Positions 62,893 to 64,000 of a DNA stretch of 64,000 bases are shown here, one piece after another. The position numbers and the translations under genes were made by a program. The notes beneath the pieces are model-generated. The model did no database searches. It saw only the letters and a program-made list of their open reading frames with translations, and was not told the DNA's origin. This DNA comes from Escherichia coli (GTDB lineage: Bacteria; Pseudomonadota; Gammaproteobacteria; Enterobacterales; Enterobacteriaceae). Each line of letters starts with the position of its first letter. The stretch's first letter is position 1. The stretch lies in assembly GCF_046105845.1 (NCBI RefSeq), contig NZ_CP151004.1, one strand, 5' to 3'.

Positions 62893-63561
62893 TTAACCGA
62901 GAAGGTCTTTTGCGGTGAGTTCTGTCAGCGATGAGAGTTTGACGTTTGCTAATACAAAACGTGGATCATTTTGCGCTTCTGGCGCAGGAACGACGATGGA
63001 ACGCATGCGGGCTGCTTTAGAGGCGATCATGCCATTTACCGAATCTTCCAGCGCTACGCAGGTCAGTGGGTCAACGCCCAGTTTTGCTGCGCAGTCGAGA
63101 TATACTTGCGGATGCGGCTTGCTGTAAGGCAATTTTTCAGCCGAGGCGAGGGCATCGAAACTGTCGCGTAAGTCAAACATGGTCAACACTTTTTCCAGCA
63201 TATGTAGTGGTGACGCGGAGGCCAGTCCCACCAATAAACCTTGTTCTTTGCATAACGCAACGGCTTCACGCACGCCTGGCAATAATGGGCGTGTCTCTTC
63301 AACCAGTGAAATGGCACGAGCAATAACCCGTTCTACTACTTCCTGACGGCTTGGCCCATTCCAGGGTTGCCGGGCGTACCAAAGATCGACCACCATATCG
63401 ATGCGTAAACCTAAGGTGTCCGGCAGCTCGTTACGACGGGAGATATCCACCCCCAGGCTTGCCATCACATCCAGTTCAGCTCGATCCCATAAAGGTTCTG
63501 AGTCGATAAGTAATCCATCCATATCAAAAATTGCAGCAAGAATCTGACGCGGGGTTGACAT
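62893..63561 (-). CDS. yniC: YniC/HxpB, HAD-family sugar phosphatase
   Basis: 222 aa; DxDG HAD motif (FDMDGLL). Confidence 0.9.
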   Translation of the reverse strand: MSTPRQILAAIFDMDGLLIDSEPLWDRAELDVMASLGVDISRRNELPDTLGLRIDMVVDLWYARQPWNGPSRQEVVERVIARAISLVEETRPLLPGVREAVALCKEQGLLVGLASASPLHMLEKVLTMFDLRDSFDALASAEKLPYSKPHPQVYLDCAAKLGVDPLTCVALEDSVNGMIASKAARMRSIVVPAPEAQNDPRFVLANVKLSSLTELTAKDLLG

Positions 63562-63707
63562 TACAACCTCTCCTTTAGAGCATTATGTGTAAGGTATTAA
63601 GCCGTGCTTATGATTAAGCGCCTATCATATCGCCTTTAAAGAATGGGCGAAAACAGATATCTACAGGTAAACTAAGTGAAACGACGCGTCTTAATCAAGG
63701 AGAACTC

Positions 63708-64000
63708 ATGACGTATCAACAAGCTGGACGCATTGCTGTTTTGAAAAGGATTTTGGGTTGGGTGATTTTTATACCTGCATTGATCTCTACATTGATTTCT
63801 TTGCTTAAATTTATGAATACCCGGCAGGAAAACCAGGAAGGCATTAATGCGGTCATGCTCGACTTTACTCATGTCATGATCGATATGATGCAGGCGAATA
63901 CGCCTTTTTTGAATCTGTTCTGGTATAACTCCCCGACGCCCAATTTTAATGGTGGCGTGAACGTTATGTTCTGGGTGATTTTCATCCTGATTTTTGTCGG
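63708..64000 (+). CDS. yniB: YniB, inner membrane protein (partial, runs off window end)
   Basis: ATG at 63708 with AAGGAG RBS; no stop before the window end. Confidence 0.75.
   Translation, partial: MTYQQAGRIAVLKRILGWVIFIPALISTLISLLKFMNTRQENQEGINAVMLDFTHVMIDMMQANTPFLNLFWYNSPTPNFNGGVNVMFWVIFILIFV

Overview
This window is an Enterobacterial (Escherichia coli-type) chromosomal segment that I recognise as the yeaH-yeaG-mipA ... gapA ... ydjLKJIHG-ydjF-ydjE ... sppA-ydjA-selD-topB ... gdhA ... ynjA-F ... xthA-astCADBE-spy ... chbBCARFG-katE-cedA ... ydjN-ydjM-yniC-yniB region, in reverse orientation relative to my memory of the K-12 map. Gene calls rest on the supplied six-frame translations matched to remembered protein identities, lengths and gene order; no database search was run. 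Almost all of the window is ordinary core chromosome with about 60 tightly packed genes, rho-independent terminators, REP elements, two sigma54-type promoter motifs and two LexA boxes. The one clearly accessory stretch is the topB-gdhA interval (about 25300-29430). It is visibly more AT-rich than its flanks and carries a translationally coupled two-gene cassette: an HscC-like Hsp70-family ATPase, followed by a large protein with an N-terminal J-like domain whose HPD motif position reads RPE, then about seven Sel1/TPR-like repeats. Upstream of the cassette is a palindrome-dense non-coding stretch and a perfect 7-5-7 inverted repeat in the promoter region. No integrase, transposase, tRNA or CRISPR array is visible nearby. 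I flag this cassette as the candidate undescribed system (a specialised Hsp70/J-protein module, possibly stress- or conflict-related); its function is inference only.
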